DNA of 63,000 bases, the filler included, from Reclinomonas americana ATCC 50394 (lineage: Eukaryota), in the NCBI GenBank assembly GCA_048213135.1. It is 15 parts of 15 records of this genome, joined end to end, with 100 filler letters (N's around TTAATTAATTAA, not from the genome) between each part and the next. Parts side by side here need not be neighbours in the genome. Positions count along the whole stretch, not along the records: positions 1 to 15,122 come from AFZH01017705.1; 14 more parts are not named here. The stretch is one strand, 5' to 3'. Every line of letters begins with the position of its first letter. Position 1 is the stretch's first letter. Made by a program: the position numbers and the translations under genes. Shown here one piece after another: positions 1 through 14,109 of the stretch. Below the pieces are notes generated by a model. It searched no databases, was not told the DNA's origin, and was given only the letters and a program-made list of their open reading frames with translations.

Positions 1-98
1 TGTGCCTCCGCCGACCCGAGACGGCAGACCGCTGATGTTGCCTTGTAGTTGTTGTTGGTGCAGCGCACGGTGATGATGGTGCCCCGAGCGCGCGCCAT
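1..98 (-). CDS. 5' end of an unknown gene (MARARGTIITVRCTNNNYK...), cut off by the window edge
   Basis: ATG at 98, 42 nt downstream of the HPS3 stop; frame is open to the edge; no recognisable motif. Confidence 0.3.
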   Translation of the reverse strand, partial: MARARGTIITVRCTNNNYKATSAVCRLGSAEA

Positions 99-140
99 TG
101 TCGGCCAGTGGATCACTGCCTGCTCGTCCAATTTCCAATA

Positions 141-3100
141 TTAGCGCCGCATCAAACCTACAAGAGTGCAGAGCGCTCTTTCTCGCGTACCTTGCACCTC
201 GCTGGCAATGGAGCGCCACATGGAAATCTCCTTGCGCGCCATAAAGCACGTCTCAATGTACGGCAAGAAGAACTGCATGTCGCCATCCTCCGGGAGCATC
301 TGCACGAATGCCGACGGTGCCACGCTGCGACACAAGTGCTCCAGGCACCGAATGTACGTCTTGCCACATCGGTCTCGTGCCTGCTCGTGGGTGAGAGTGA
401 GGGAATGAGGAGAGGGAGAGAAAAGAGGAGAGAGCGCGACGCACCGTGGCCTGCAGCTGCTGGTCGAGACTCAAACGCCGTAATCTCGTCAGGAGATCCT
501 TCCACGACTCGTGTGCCTCCTACAACCATCGGTGAGCAGAGAGAAAGCGGTGAGCTGCATGTGTGCTCGACACACAAACCTTGCCAAAGAACGTGCATGC
601 AATGTCGAAGACCAGTTCGCAGTGATCGGACTCGAGCAGCAGACTGAAAATGGCATCCATGGCACCGTCCATGGCCAGGCACAGCACGCGAATGGAGGTG
701 GCACCCGCAAACGGGGCGACGGCATCCAGGTCGCGCAGAATGTCGGCCGCATGCACTCGGTATCGGCGGGAGCCTGCTTGAGAGCCGCGTGGCAACGAGC
801 AGCGAATGAGGAAATTCTGCAGCTCGCATAGCGTCTGCGAGGGTGTGTCCTTGGTGCCCGTCGGCGACGCCAGCATGTCGAGCCACTGATATCGCTCCGC
901 TGTGGGCCGCAAAAGGTTGAGGACGCTCTCACTCGCCACCCTCGACTCCCATCCCTCCTCCAAGTCCTCGTTCGGTGAAGTGGCGGCGGACGAAGGACCG
1001 GCTGGGGCGGCAGCAGTTGCGACACGTCGACTCGTCTGCAGACATGCACACTTTGTCAGCAAGAGATGGCACATCAACGAGTCAGCATTGTGAAAAATAC
1101 AGGCACAGACCTCGACAGCATCCGACGCGGCCGAGCTGGAGGGCAGCAACAGACTCTCCAACACGTAGCTCATCGTCAGCGCATCGCTCGAGGAATCGTC
1201 CAGCACCTGCGACGACGACTGTATGACATGCTGGTCAGCGTGGTACGTGGAGCGCACACGCAAAAGTACCCACGCACACACGCAACAGATCGCGGTGTGT
1301 CTGTGGGTCGGCTCTGCTGCGATGCGAGCAGCACCACCAACAGGCGCGCAAACAATGTGCAGACGTCGGTCGACGTCAGACCGGCCTCCACATCTTCCCA
1401 GCCGCCTCCCACCGCGGCCAGCAGATACACCTCCAGCGGGCTCCTGCAAGCAAAAAAGACGAGAGTGAGGCAAGTCACGGTCCGGCCACACGCGCCAAGT
1501 GACGAGACCTTGGATTTTCCGGTGTGCTGGTCAGACTCATCAGGAAGAGTCCCACCGAGAGCGGAATGCGGGGATACAACTTGCAGCACAAGGAGCACAG
1601 CACCCACGGGGCGCACTCGGCCAACAGCTGACCCAAGGTGATTACGCCGACGTTCTGGAAGAGGCGCGTGAGATACATGACGAGGATGACACACATACAG
1701 TGGCTCATGGAAACCTCTTCGAGAAGCATGCGTGGCAACCGCGCATCGCTCTGCACCACCACATTGCTGAAGAGTCGGGCATCACTCGGCAGGTTGAACA
1801 GGCATTTGGAGAGTGCTTCGGGTTGCGCAGAAGTCAGCACAACCACGGGGTGGGACGAACACGGACAGAGAGAGTGCGTACCGATATCCGGCTCCCAGAT
1901 GCTCCGATACGTGCAGCCGAACTGCATTAGCAAGTGCTGGTCCAAATCGGTGAGGCACGAGGTGGCTGCTGCGGCATTGTCGATTTCCAGGTACATCAAG
2001 CACAATGCAAAAGCGTCGAGAGGCACCACGGAGCCCCAGTTGGGAAACGAGTGCGGCGCGTGCACATCGTCATCGAACCCCGAAAACGGATCGGCCGCAC
2101 GAGCCGTGGCTTGTCCACGCTGCGCACACGAACAGAGACGGTGAGAAAGCTGGATTTCGAAACGAGCTCGCAGCTACAACGCACCGCGCACAGCCGTTCG
2201 AGCACGCGAACACCGAGATCAGTCGACAAATGCGGCAACTGACTCTCCAAATACAGTGTCGACATTCGGTGTGGAAGGTGCGTGGCGTACAACTCGCACA
2301 CGCGGTAGCACAGAGTGGCATCGGCGTCGTCCAGCACCGACGTGTTCTGCGACAAGCATGAGCACACCTACAGCTCACGGAATTCTCCATGTGTGGCTCG
2401 CAACTTCCTTGTCGAACACCACCATCTCCAGGTAACCGAGCAGAGCCTCGGTGCGCCCGGCCAGGCGATCGATGACGTAGCCGAGTTTGCGGTTGGAGCA
2501 CGAGAAGAAAATGGCGCTCTCCGAGTAGTTGCCGGAGCGCAGATAATACTGGCAGCCGTGCACACGTGAGTTGCGGCGCTCAACGAGTGACACACTCTGC
2601 GCTGAGCAACAACAGACCTCGGCAATCAGGCCAGAGCTGCGGCGGAACAAAGCCAACAGGTCCTGTTCTTGCAGCCGAGACACCACGGTCTCTTGTTGAT
2701 CTGCTCACGCGATTTGAGTGGCAGTGAAGAGTGGAGGCCGGAAAACCAAAATGAGAACGCAACTCTCCGACTTGCGACCAAGGACGGTGTTCAGCCGGCC
2801 CTTGACCAAAAAGTGCGCCTCAAATAGCAGCTTGAAGTAGACCGTGTCTCCACTCTGCAAGGGCGCGCGACAGCAGATGATCATCAGGGCGTGCATGCCG
2901 GCGCCAGGCGCAGCAGCAGAGCAAGAGTCAAACCTCGGCATGCATCTCTGCACTCTCCAACATCTCCTCAAACATGCGCTCGACTGGCGCCAAGCGAATC
3001 AAGTAAAAGTTCCAGTTGGCCTCCTCGTGATCATCATCGTCCTCATCCACAGCTCCCACATCAGCGCTTCTGCATTCATCGCAGCGCGTGAGTCCATCAT

Positions 3101-6100
3101 CCGCACCGTAAGCAAGCAACATGTGACGTACATGTCGACACTCTGGTCCGCATCGCGCTTGCCACCATTGGGTGGAGGGGCGCGTGGTGTCGCCTGCACG
3201 GAAAAGATACAAGGGTAGGGTCGGTTACCGCCAGAAGAAGCATCCACACACACAGACACACAAGAGGAACCCACCTGCCGTGCCGGATCTCGTGGGGTGC
3301 CTGCGTGAACACACATACATGCACATGCGTGGGTGAGAGCGGTGTACACATACGCATCGATGCAAGTGCACCCTCCACCCACCGCTCTGCGACCCAAACG
3401 TAATCGACGATACGTGACCACGACCAAGCGAACTCACACCGGAAATGTCGGAGCAAATGAGATCTGGCAGGAGAAAAGTCGAATTTAGAGCGGCAGAGAC
3501 ACCCGATCGACGCGACACCAGCACACACCCCAGTTGCCACTGCCTTCGACGGCCGACGCGCGACCACGTACAGCCTCCATCACACCATCTTTTTCGGTGG
3601 GCGAACTCGGCTTGCCAAACACCGCGGCCACATGCACTCGCTCATCGTCGCCAAATCTGCCACCAGCCTGTCAGCACGTGCACACCAGCAAAACAAGGGT
3701 GGCACGAAGGAAAAAGCAGGCTCAACTTGCACAAGACCACGGCATGATCGTCGGTAACCGCCAGCTCCGAGATGCCAATGAATGGTCGAATGGAGACGAG
3801 CCACTGGCTGCTGCGCAGCGACCACACTTCCATGCCTGCACGCGACAAGTGTCAGTGGAAGACACGACTGGAAACAACCCTGCTCCGACAACTCACCGAC
3901 GGCACTGCACGAGAAGAGAAACAGCGAGTTGGCGTCGACGTGCACCGACTTGCTGGAGAATGTGTACTCGACGCATGGGTCCGGTGACAGCAGGTCGTAC
4001 AAGTAGCCCTTCTCCGCCGTCGCAAACAGGCACTTGGGAAACAGATGCGGGTTGTGTGGCAGTGTCACTTGACTCCCGCTGAAGCCTCGTGGTGAGGTGG
4101 CGCCTGCCGCCGAGTACCTCGCCGACGTAGCATTGGCATTTGTCGCCGATGGGGACATGGGGTTGGTGCTGGCCGACGTGGCCGACGATCGCAGTCCGCT
4201 CTCAAACAACTTGAGCGTATGAATCGAGGCTGGTCGACGGATTTTCCGATGCACGACCATGTGCACGACCACGATACTGCGAGTTCACGTGAGTGGACAA
4301 TATCAGTGACAGGAGACAAAGGGCAAAAACCGAACCCCACTCCCGAGGCCAGCGAGGAGAGCTGGTGACCGGCCTCGACGCGCGGTCCGCAAATCTCAAA
4401 CTCGCGTGGTCGCGTCGATCGCGTTCGTCTGCAGAGCGGGGTGAGTGGAAACACGGGATGGAGCGCGTGATGGCGTGGCAACTCAACTTTTCCAGTCGTC
4501 CAAGCATGCCCGAGCTCGAATCAATGGTCAGCTGACGATTGCGGTCAAACGCCAGCGTCACACACATGTCGGAGACCGTGGGCGTGCTGGGCTCTTGTCC
4601 CACATACGTCGGAGCACTGCGTCGTCGCTCGTGACTCGTCGGATTGCTGCGAGCCGATGTCACCGATGGACAGTACTGGCCGCTGAGCAAACTAAACGTG
4701 CATCCACCGCTGAGTCGCAAATCAACGTGCAACACGCGAACTTCATGATGCGAGCCGTATGCTGTGCGAGCGGCGACTAAGAAAATGACAAGCATACAAT
4801 TCCATGCAGGTTCTCCGACTCACCCACATAGGCGCCCACAACAGAGACGAACGACACGCGCAGATCGCACGTGTAAATGTCCAGCACCTGGAGTGGACTG
4901 CGTCCCACGCGATCACGGAATCGTTGTGCCAGCGCTGCGCAGAAATACGCATCGGTTGTTCAGCGGCTACCAACTGCGAACGACAGACAGATACATCACG
5001 CCCACTCACCCATGTTGCGGTCGAATGCTTCACGCTCACTGGCCGACAGCGACTCCTCCGGGAGCTGGAAACGAAGCACTCGCTCAATGTGCAAGTACCA
5101 CGCCACAGGATCCACTGCGCGGTGGTGAGCGACGAAAGCAATCACGAGCTGCCACGGAGTGCACGCACCAATAAACATGCGGACTCCAGACTTGTAGCCG
5201 ACCACGAGAATGCCCGAGGATGCATCGAGACCGACACACCGCGGGCTCATTGGCACGCGCAACGTGTCCACGCGAAGCGACAGGTCCGATCGCGGACTCT
5301 GCACACACGAAGTCAATGCAGAGCGCCAACAACAAGCCCGGCATGCACCGCACCTTTCTGCCATCAGGCACCGGCAGCGGCTCCGCACGACTAACAGCCT
5401 CCGACCACCACGGCTGCAACATCTCTGCAACTGCATGTGAGTGGCGGCACTGGCACAATGTCACTTGCATAAAAACACAGGAGCAACGCACGCTCAGTCG
5501 CTCTCCGGTCGAAATGATACACACGAACAACGCGCTCCGTGCGCTCCGCATTCTCCTCCAGCATAATCACACTAACAACGCAGCTCTCAGTGACAGACAG
5601 AGAGAGAGGCACACAGAGAGGCACACACTCACCCTCGTGCGCGTTCCAGACAATGCACTGAAATGATTCGCGGCCACGTGGTGCGGAACGAGTACAGAGG
5701 CACGTTGGTGTCAAACGGAGTAAACACACGCACTTCACCTGCACACACAGAGCATGAGACAGAGAAAGAGAAAGAGAGAGTGACAAAATGTGAGCAGTAC
5801 CTCCGCGCATCACATAGACTATAGTGTCGACTGCAGTGGCCACGCGCGTCGGCTCAGCAGGCGCCGACAAGATCCTCTGCTCATCCAGCACGCGAAAGTA
5901 CGGCAACGCAGTCGCACTCTGACACACACACACACACACAAATGAGCTCAAACTGCGCGCGTGTGTGTCTCTCTCACACACAGACCGGTGAGGTGACTCG
6001 ATGGTGGCCGCGCGACCTTGCGCGTTTCCGTTGTTTTGTGGCAGGTGGCAACTGCACGCGTCTCTTTGTGGAGGTGGTGTCGCCTTCTTCTCCTCCGCCT

Positions 6101-6231
6101 TCCTCATACTGCTCATCATCATCATCGTCATCATCGTCGTCGTCGTCATCGTCGCCTGCGTCGTCGCCTGTGTCGTGAGGAGGCGGAGAGAGGCCGCCGA
6201 CCTCGAGCGCACGCGGAGGTCGTCTGCTCAT
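141..6231 (-). CDS. HPS3: Hermansky-Pudlak syndrome 3-like BLOC-2 subunit (multi-exon)
   Basis: Spliced C-terminus SWKDLLTRL...YIRCLEHLCRSVAPSAFVQMLPEDGDMQFFLPYIETC resembles the HPS3 terminal motif (F..VLPEDG...FFLPYL..C). N-terminal exons resemble the HPS3 propeller (LEENAE..VVRVY; PMSPRCVGLDASSGILVVGY). TAA at 141-143; first exon has an acidic D-run. Confidence 0.75.
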
Positions 6232-6306
6232 ACTGACAGGAGAAAGAGTGGAGACAAATCACGGCGAGGACATCTGTGGGGGGTTCATTGGCGACATGTG
6301 CGACGT

Positions 6307-8074
6307 TCACAGCTTGGCTTGGATCTTGCCCTTGGTCAGCAGGCGGAGCAGCACTTTGGGGCCGTTGCCGAGCATCCACTGTGTATGAGAGCTGGAGTGA
6401 GCTGTGCGGCGAGACTACGAAGGTGACAGCGAATTGGGAGACCTGACCGCCGTCGACAATCATCAGCGTGCCTGCATGTGCGTGTGTGAGAGCAGAGGTG
6501 GACTGTGTGTATGTGTGTGCTGGTGGAGTGTGGTGCATCGTACCGGTTTGGTAGCTGGCGGCGGGGCTGGCCAGGAAGAGCGCAGCATCGCCAATGTCCT
6601 GTGAAAGGAGTGAGCGAACGACGGGAAGAAGAGCGAGTTGATGCTGGCGTGCAGATCGACCTTCTTTGTTCCTGTGCATCGTCGAGGGTGGAGTGAGTAA
6701 CGAGATGTCATTTCGTGTATGCAGGAGCGAGAACACACCAAAGCGAGCAATCGGCAGCGCCTGGATAAACGACTCGGGGACGCCAGGCAGCAGGCGAGAG
6801 GCACCCTGTGCACATGCACATGAGTGTCTTGGCAGCACGACAAAGTACCAACTGACGGCGCCTACAATACCTCCGTGTCGGCAATGAGACCCGGTGCAAT
6901 CTACAAGCCGCACGGAATGTAAAACACGACAAGCTCGACCACCGTCACAAAGCACGATCGCCACGCCACGTACCGCGTTCACTCGCACGCCAAACTCGCC
7001 CCACTCGTTGGCCAGAACTCGTACCTGCGCAATGCATTCAACGACAAGTCGGCGATTTTCTCATACACACGACAACAATCGCACCAGCGCATCGCACGCG
7101 GCCTTGGCGCTCGACACGTGCAACTGATCCGGCATGCCCGTGTAATGCAGCGTCGCACTGATGTTGATGATATTGCCACCGTTTGCCTACGCACTTGTCA
7201 GCATAAAACGACCACGCTGCAACGAAGCGGAAGACGCGCCTTCATCCACGTCTCGAACGCGGCCTTGGAGCAATTCCACGTTCCCAACTGCACAGACCGC
7301 AGCGTTCAATCGCGCGTGTTTGTTTGATTTGCTAACAAAAGGAGCACTGTCTGTAACGCACCGTGTCGATCTCCATCACCGTTCTGCATATATGATGCGT
7401 GTTTGGCGATCGTCAGTGAGATGCATCAGTTAGTTGCTTGCTTGCTGGCCTGTTCAACGCAACTTGAACGCGTTCGACGAAAGCTTCTCTGCAGCACACA
7501 AGAAGTTCCCCGCTGCTCCATTGATCAGCACATCGATGCGGCCGAGCTGGTCCACAGCAAAGCGCATCACACTGTCGACGACTCACTCTCAGTCACACAC
7601 TAAGAACAGACTTGCAAGTGACACACGCACTCAACTTCTGCACGCTCTCATAGTCTCTCACATCGGCCTGCACATAGACACAGCGACGACCGGGCACTGC
7701 AGCCTCGAGCTCACTGGCTGCACGCTGCAGCACATCAACCTGTGTGCACACACACATTCAGAGAGAGACTGCGCGCGCGTGTGTTAGTGTGTGTGTGTCA
7801 CCTTGCGCGAAAAGATGCAGGCGTTGGCTCCGTGCTGGGGTGTCATGCAGTGAGTGATAGTGGCAAGGAGCGAGAGAGGCAGAGAGAAGGAGAGAGAGAC
7901 CTCCATGAAGAGCTTGGTGATGCCATAGCAGATGCCGGTGCCTCCTCCAGAGACCACCACGACTTTGCCGGCGAACAGATCGCGACGGAAGCAGCTCTGT
8001 GACGAGTCAGTGAGTGACTGAGAGCGAGAGAGAGGCAGAGAGGGAAGGCGATAAACCTCCTCTGCTGATGACAT
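6307..8074 (-). CDS. DECR2: Peroxisomal 2,4-dienoyl-CoA reductase (SDR family)
   Basis: Spliced motifs [65 protein letters not shown]; ends KIQAKL-TGA (PTS1). Confidence 0.92.
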
Positions 8075-8388
8075 TTCGTTGTTTTCTTGCAAGTGCAAAC
8101 TCCGTCCCAATGTCCGTCGTTTGTTGGGGAGTTTCGAAGTCCGTCCGTGCATGCACTCTTCTTCTTCTTCTTCGTTCATCATCGTGGAGAGTAGCCTGTT
8201 GGATCATCGCTCTTCGCGTAACAGTATTCCTCTCACCGAATTCACTCCATAAACATCTCCTAAAGGTACAACAACTTCTCTATCACACACACTTGTATGC
8301 ACACCTACCTGTACATGTACACACTTCCCCGTTAGTAGTTATACAACACACAATTAGAAAAAAAGTAAAAAATCCCCTCCTTCTCCCA

Positions 8389-11300
8389 TTACGACGACGG
8401 CACAATGCGCAAGGCCAGCACGCTTTCCACGACGTGCTCCGGCTGGCACACCTCCACTGCCATGTGGAGTCCGCGAGTGGTGCTGGACGGATCGCGCGGA
8501 CTCTTGGCGGTACTCGATGCCCGGCGGATGTGCACGCCGGTGAAACAGGCTCCCAGGCCGACGTCGTTGATGAAAAACTGGATGGTACCGGCGGCCAGGT
8601 CGAGCAGCACGCCCACGCGGTCGCCCTGTCCAAATGCACGCCCGTACTGCCAGCTGCGCCCGCTGTGGCGAGCCTCACCGTCGCTGGTGAAGGCTGCGCA
8701 AGCGATGAGGTGAGACGGCGTCGACGACCATGTAGTTCAGTGTTTGTATTACGTACCCCAACTGCTCTCGTCGGCACCGATCCACGAGTCGAGATGCACA
8801 CTTCCGTCGCCGTAGCACACGCCCACCTGTGTCACGATCATGATCGTGGTTGAGAAGACCATGGAGTGTTGGCACTGTGTAATACACATACCGCCACTGG
8901 GTGCATCTTGATGGTCGACACCACGCGAAACTCGACATACAGCGCTCCAGTGGTGACGGTCGGCGACGCAAGGGCGATTCCTCGACCACCACGACGCTTG
9001 CAGCTCACTCGCAGACCGCCGGTCTGGTCACGCGCGCGCATACAAATGAGAAGACCATCGACGCTGAATGAAAATCAATGTCGCCTTGCCAAAAAACACA
9101 CCGACACATCCAGCCGCTTGCCGGCCAGCTGTGCACTAAAGTGCAGCAGCGGTGCCTCCGCGGTCTCTGTTCCACGAGGGAACGAGGCAAGTCGGCTCGA
9201 AAAGACACTCGCAGGAACCGTCAGCAGCGAGTCGCGCGGAGTAAACCATCCATCACGCCGAGGACTGGAAAGATCGCGCGACGCTGATCGCGGACTGCTG
9301 GTTGTGCGCATCCCCTCGTCAGCTTCACAAAACAATATCAGAGCACACGACACAACCTTCCACACACACCTTGGTGACTCGGGTGAATGACTGCGTCCAC
9401 TGCAAAAGGTCCACGAGTGAGTATAAACAAAGCAAAAGGCCCTCCACAAGCAACGACTCACTTGGCGACAACATCGCCCTCCGACGCCATGCGCAGCGGC
9501 AGCTGCAGGCGTGGAACGACGGATGGTGTGGCTGGTCTTGCCGGCGCAGAGGATGTTGGTGAATGCGACACCGAGTTGGCGGTGGCCGAGTGTGACTCGC
9601 CGTTCTGGTGCACCAGCTGCGACGTCACCTCCGGCCACTGCAATTCGCCATCCTCGACCACAGTGCACTCGTTGGCGAGGTGTTCCACCTGCAGCACACA
9701 GAGTGAGCTGCGAGCACTCCCTACAGCCATCTTCGATGATCGCACTCACCAATGTTTCGCCGCGAATGCGCATAAACGCCGCCGAGCGTGGTAACCTAAT
9801 CGGTGGCGTCACACGTCGCACACATTCAAACAGCGAGTTGACCTGCTCTCGCGACAAATCGTAGCCCTCCGCGTGGAACATTGCAAACAGCACAATGATT
9901 CGAATGGCATTCTCCTCCGTCTCTTGCGTGGCCGGTCGACGTGCAGCACGCAGCAGTCGATACCTTGATGCAAAGCATAAAAACGTTGTGAGCCCCAAAG
10001 CCACAAACACAACTCACCCACAAACGCAACAGCCAGTCAAAAGGCAGCGCTCCGACAAACGGCTGGCAGGATGCGTCGAGCAGACCCACAAAAGTCTTTC
10101 CCGGATTCTTGCTGGCCAGGTTGGCCAGCTGGTCGAGTGCATTCGGCCACCCTCCACGACGATAGTGACACACATACACAAGCGGAGCAATATCGACAAG
10201 ATCGACCTCGCACCCTCGTGCGAGTGCAGTGAGACGCTGCAGATCTGCACTCGGGATCTCGTTCAACGTATCCGAAGCCCACCGTTGGCGCACGTAAGTC
10301 GCCACCGCCGAGGCGTGCTCGTTGCCCACTTCAGTCCGGCACGACGGGTGTTGGAGAACCTGTGGCGACAATGACGTGAGAAGTGAGTGGAGACAGATAT
10401 GCAGAATGAGATACTCACCGCCAACAGCTCGTCAAGGGTGAGAAAGCGCAAACGTGCGTCACGCATGAACTGTGGGAGCCCCTCGGCGAGCACATCGATT
10501 GCCTTGTCGTACAGTGGAAGCATGAGGGGGGAGTAGGAGCTGGCCTGCCGCATCATCCACACCGGGTGCAGCTTGCCACTCTTCAACAACGACTCCATCA
10601 GGCGCTCCAGCACCGTGCACAGCTCGTCGCACTCAATATCGTCGGCCAACTTCAGCAACGCGGGCAGGTACACACGAGGGCACTTGGCCATGGCCTTGTG
10701 ATTGGAGAGAGGGGAGATGAGCGCACAGATACACGCATAAAGCCTAGCCTTTGACAAATGTGGACGCACCTCGTGCCGATAGGAGAACAACTGCCGGTCG
10801 ATGCAAGCCAGCACCACATGGAACACGCCGTGTGGATCTCGGATACCAATGTCGACTTCGTACGCCGGCTCGTCGGCGTGCTCGGTAAACGCCATGCGCA
10901 GCTTGCGACTGAAGCGCGAGACGAATGCCGGATGGCACTCGTGCAGCACTCGAAGCCACTCGTCGACGGTGCGCCGCGGCGTGGTGCTAAACATGTCGGC
11001 CGCAGCGGCAAACGGTCCACTGGCGGGCACGTACACAATGACGGCCGGGTGGTCGGCCGACACTTCGCGTGCGTGGGGCATGTCGACCTCTACAAACTGC
11101 TGCGCATCCGGAGCTGCAGACAAGCACGTCAGAAAACGCGGTCGCTGTCGCGACGGAGAATGACAACTAACCTCTGTCATGCGCGGCACGAAGAAGCCGT
11201 CGTGCTCGCATCTGCGCACCACTGTGCAGCAGCGTCGGTGGGAGGGCCGATTTCGAACCGGACGACGAGTACACGGGTCGTGCGGTCGGTGGCGGCGCCG

Positions 11301-12656
11301 GCTCCGCCTCCTCTCCCTCCATGAACGACGGATGCAGCGATGCACCGGTGAAGCCACCACTGGCGAATCCGCGCATGGCTGTCGCTCTTCTGCGCTCGGC
11401 GATCTTCTGCTCCTCGAGAAGCCGCTGACGCTCCTCCTCTTCCTCGTCGCGCTTCCGCGAGCCGGTCTCCTTGGTAAGTTCAACGACTGACGGCACTGGC
11501 GAGAGGCCGCGTGAGCGTCGTGGCGAGAGTGGCGGCGGCACGGCTCGACCCGCCGACAAGGCCACGCGGTGTGGCGAGGGTGGTGGCGACGTTGGGTCGG
11601 CCAGCGGGAATACACGCGGACTCGAAGATCGCTCCTCGTCGTAAAACATTTCTACAGGTGCAGCCGAGCGAGCGAAACGCGGCGACTCCGGTTCCAGTGG
11701 CAACTCTGGCTCCGCGGTGCCGAGTGTCTCAGTGTCGACCACCACAGCGGGCAGAAACAGTGGCGACACGGCGCGACTCGGTGGCGGCGTCATGGCGGGC
11801 GTGGGTGGCGCCGAGGGTGGCGGTGAACCGTTCTCAAGTTCCGGTTGCATCACCAATTGATGTGAAGAGCAGGGGTCGGAGGGCAGTGGTGGAGGCCATT
11901 CGGGAATGGCCTCCAATCTGGGGTTGGGGGGCGATTAGTTGAAGGACAAGGGAAGAGACCAGGCAGATAACACAACTGCAAGTGTGCCATGGTGATGACC
12001 ACTGGCGCAGATTCACGAACTGCACTGTTGGCGTCGGCAACGAGATCGTTGGGTGGCGGTAGCGGGGAGCAACTGACAGAAGGTGCAGCTGGCGTCGCGG
12101 CAGCAGGCAGCGACATGGGAAGCGGATCACGCTCAATGCTCTCGTCTGTGTGTGCGCGCGTGAGTATACAACAAATCACATACCCATGAATGATGGTGAG
12201 AGCTCACCATCGACGGCAGGTACTGGCGACTGTGCTCTTGGTGAAGCCATGGGCGTGTCGATAGGCGACGGTGCCAAGGTGGCCACCACAGCGACACTCC
12301 CAGTATCGGTGTAGGCGTCTGCGGCCATGGCCGGTGGCAAGGCGATGGAGCTCGCCTCGTCGACCGCTGTGGCCGCGGTCTCGGTCTGCGTGTCTGCAAT
12401 TGCTTCTGTCGCCGCATCGTCCGCCGGTTCGGGCAGCAGTGGCTCCACAGGAGTGGTGGCGTACGGCGGCGGCGAAGCGACCACTGGCGTGGGCGACACT
12501 TGCGGCACCTCTGTGGGGGGCATTTCGGGCGACGGCGCTTCGACAAACACCGGCTCTGGTGGTGGGGTGGCGGGCAGTGATAATGGTGGTGCAGGCAAGG
12601 CACCTGCGCGCGAGGGAAACGCATGAGCACACTGCGAAAGCCACAGAGATAGTGTA

Positions 12657-12690
<34 letters not shown>

Positions 12691-12727
12691 GTCGGTGAGC
12701 ATTTCTGGAGGCAGCAGCGGTTTCATG
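8389..12727 (-). CDS. Pro-rich N-terminus, BTB/BACK-like region and C-terminal SPRY domain
   Basis: LLKLADDIECDEL...LPQFMRDARLRFLTLDELLAVL is BACK-like; LYVEFRV...YGRAFGQGDRVGVLLDLAAGTIQFFINDVGLG is SPRY; start codon uncertain. Confidence 0.6.
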
Positions 12728-12827
12728 TCATCGAGTTGCAATCCGCGTGGTCTCCGCCGTGAATCAAGGCTGGCAAAACGAGGCGAAAAGCTGCACACAC
12801 ACACACACTGTGAGATCAGCACGTCTT

Positions 12828-13919
12828 TCAATCACGGTACAACGATGCGCACCAGGAGCACTCAATGAGTCCGCGCATCGCCACCACCATGAGTACGGGA
12901 TTGTCGGGAATGAGGGTGATGGAAAAGGCGGTCTGCCGTATGTCCTGGATGGTGACCACACCGTCTCGGTCCATGAACACCTCCAGCCACGGATGAATGT
13001 CGTACAGCGGAGACACTTGCACGCTGTGCCGACAACAGCACCACCATCCACCGGTCGCGTAATCCGGATGCTCCCAGAACGAGTACGCCTCCGGCAGCAC
13101 GTGCAACTCGAACGGAAAACTGGCAGGGGCGGAGGTGAGGGACAGCGAAACATGCAAAGACTGCTGCACCGATACAAACCATTTCTCCACCACCTCCGCC
13201 GCATCCACATGCCTGCCATTAGCGTGAGTACAGCACTCAGTCACCGACACTGGCGGTAGAAAAAAGCTACGCAACGCATCAATCCCCGGCAACACCAGCT
13301 CCTCCCCGCCCAGCACCAGCGCCATTGTGGCAAATCCATGTCGCAGGTACCGTTGCAGCAAAAGAACCTCGTCCGGTCGCACCACACGCGCCGCTTGCGC
13401 CTCGACCACCAGTTGCCGCACCAGCTGCTTGCGCAACGATCGCAAATCGTGTTCCAGTCGGCCTCCCATCTGCAGCACAAAAGACTGATTAGAAGGAGAA
13501 GGAGGAAGAGTGAGGGAGTGAGAGCATCAATGCACACCGATCGCGGAAACAGGTCATCATCGTCGTCGATGATTTCCAGTCGTGAAGGCGGTCGGAAGCC
13601 GTGCGGCAATGGCTCCACGCTGCCGACCGCCGTGGCACGTCGATATCGACTCGGCGGCACAGGTACCACCGAGGCCAATGGCGATGACGTGGCGGTGGCC
13701 ATGGTCCGTGACCAAGGCGAGTCAACGACGATCCGCTCCCCATTTTCGTCGACATCATCATCATCATCATCGCTCAGTGATCGCTGAGTGAGAACGAATG
13801 GAAGTGATTGTGACTGATGTGCGTCGGTGGTGATGAGACTGGCGTTGAGGAGATGCGTGGGCGGCGATGGAGTCAGCGAGAGATGTGGATCGGAAGGTGC
13901 GACTCGGCTGCTCATCATG
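12828..13919 (-). CDS. Hypothetical protein (low-complexity N-terminus, globular region of about 200 aa)
   Basis: Long open exons 13919-13530 and 13470-12828 with protein-like composition; family not recognised. Confidence 0.5.
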
Positions 13920-14109
13920 ATTCTTCTTCTTCTTCTGTTGCTGCCTCCTCCTCCGCCGCACGTGTGCTGGCATGTACCGGAGACGCGTGCAGTCACACGC
14001 GCGTGTGTGCGTGAGGGGTGTGTGGCAGAGTCGGAAGTTGAAAGATGAGACGCCGGACAATTGCCGTATTCACGACGTCGATATCGGGGCGCAACAAAGA
14101 AGGTGATGA

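Noticed and set aside
108..5666. Many long plus-strand ORFs in the ORF track
   Set aside because: Antisense shadows of GC-rich minus-strand exons (HPS3 etc.) with no motifs
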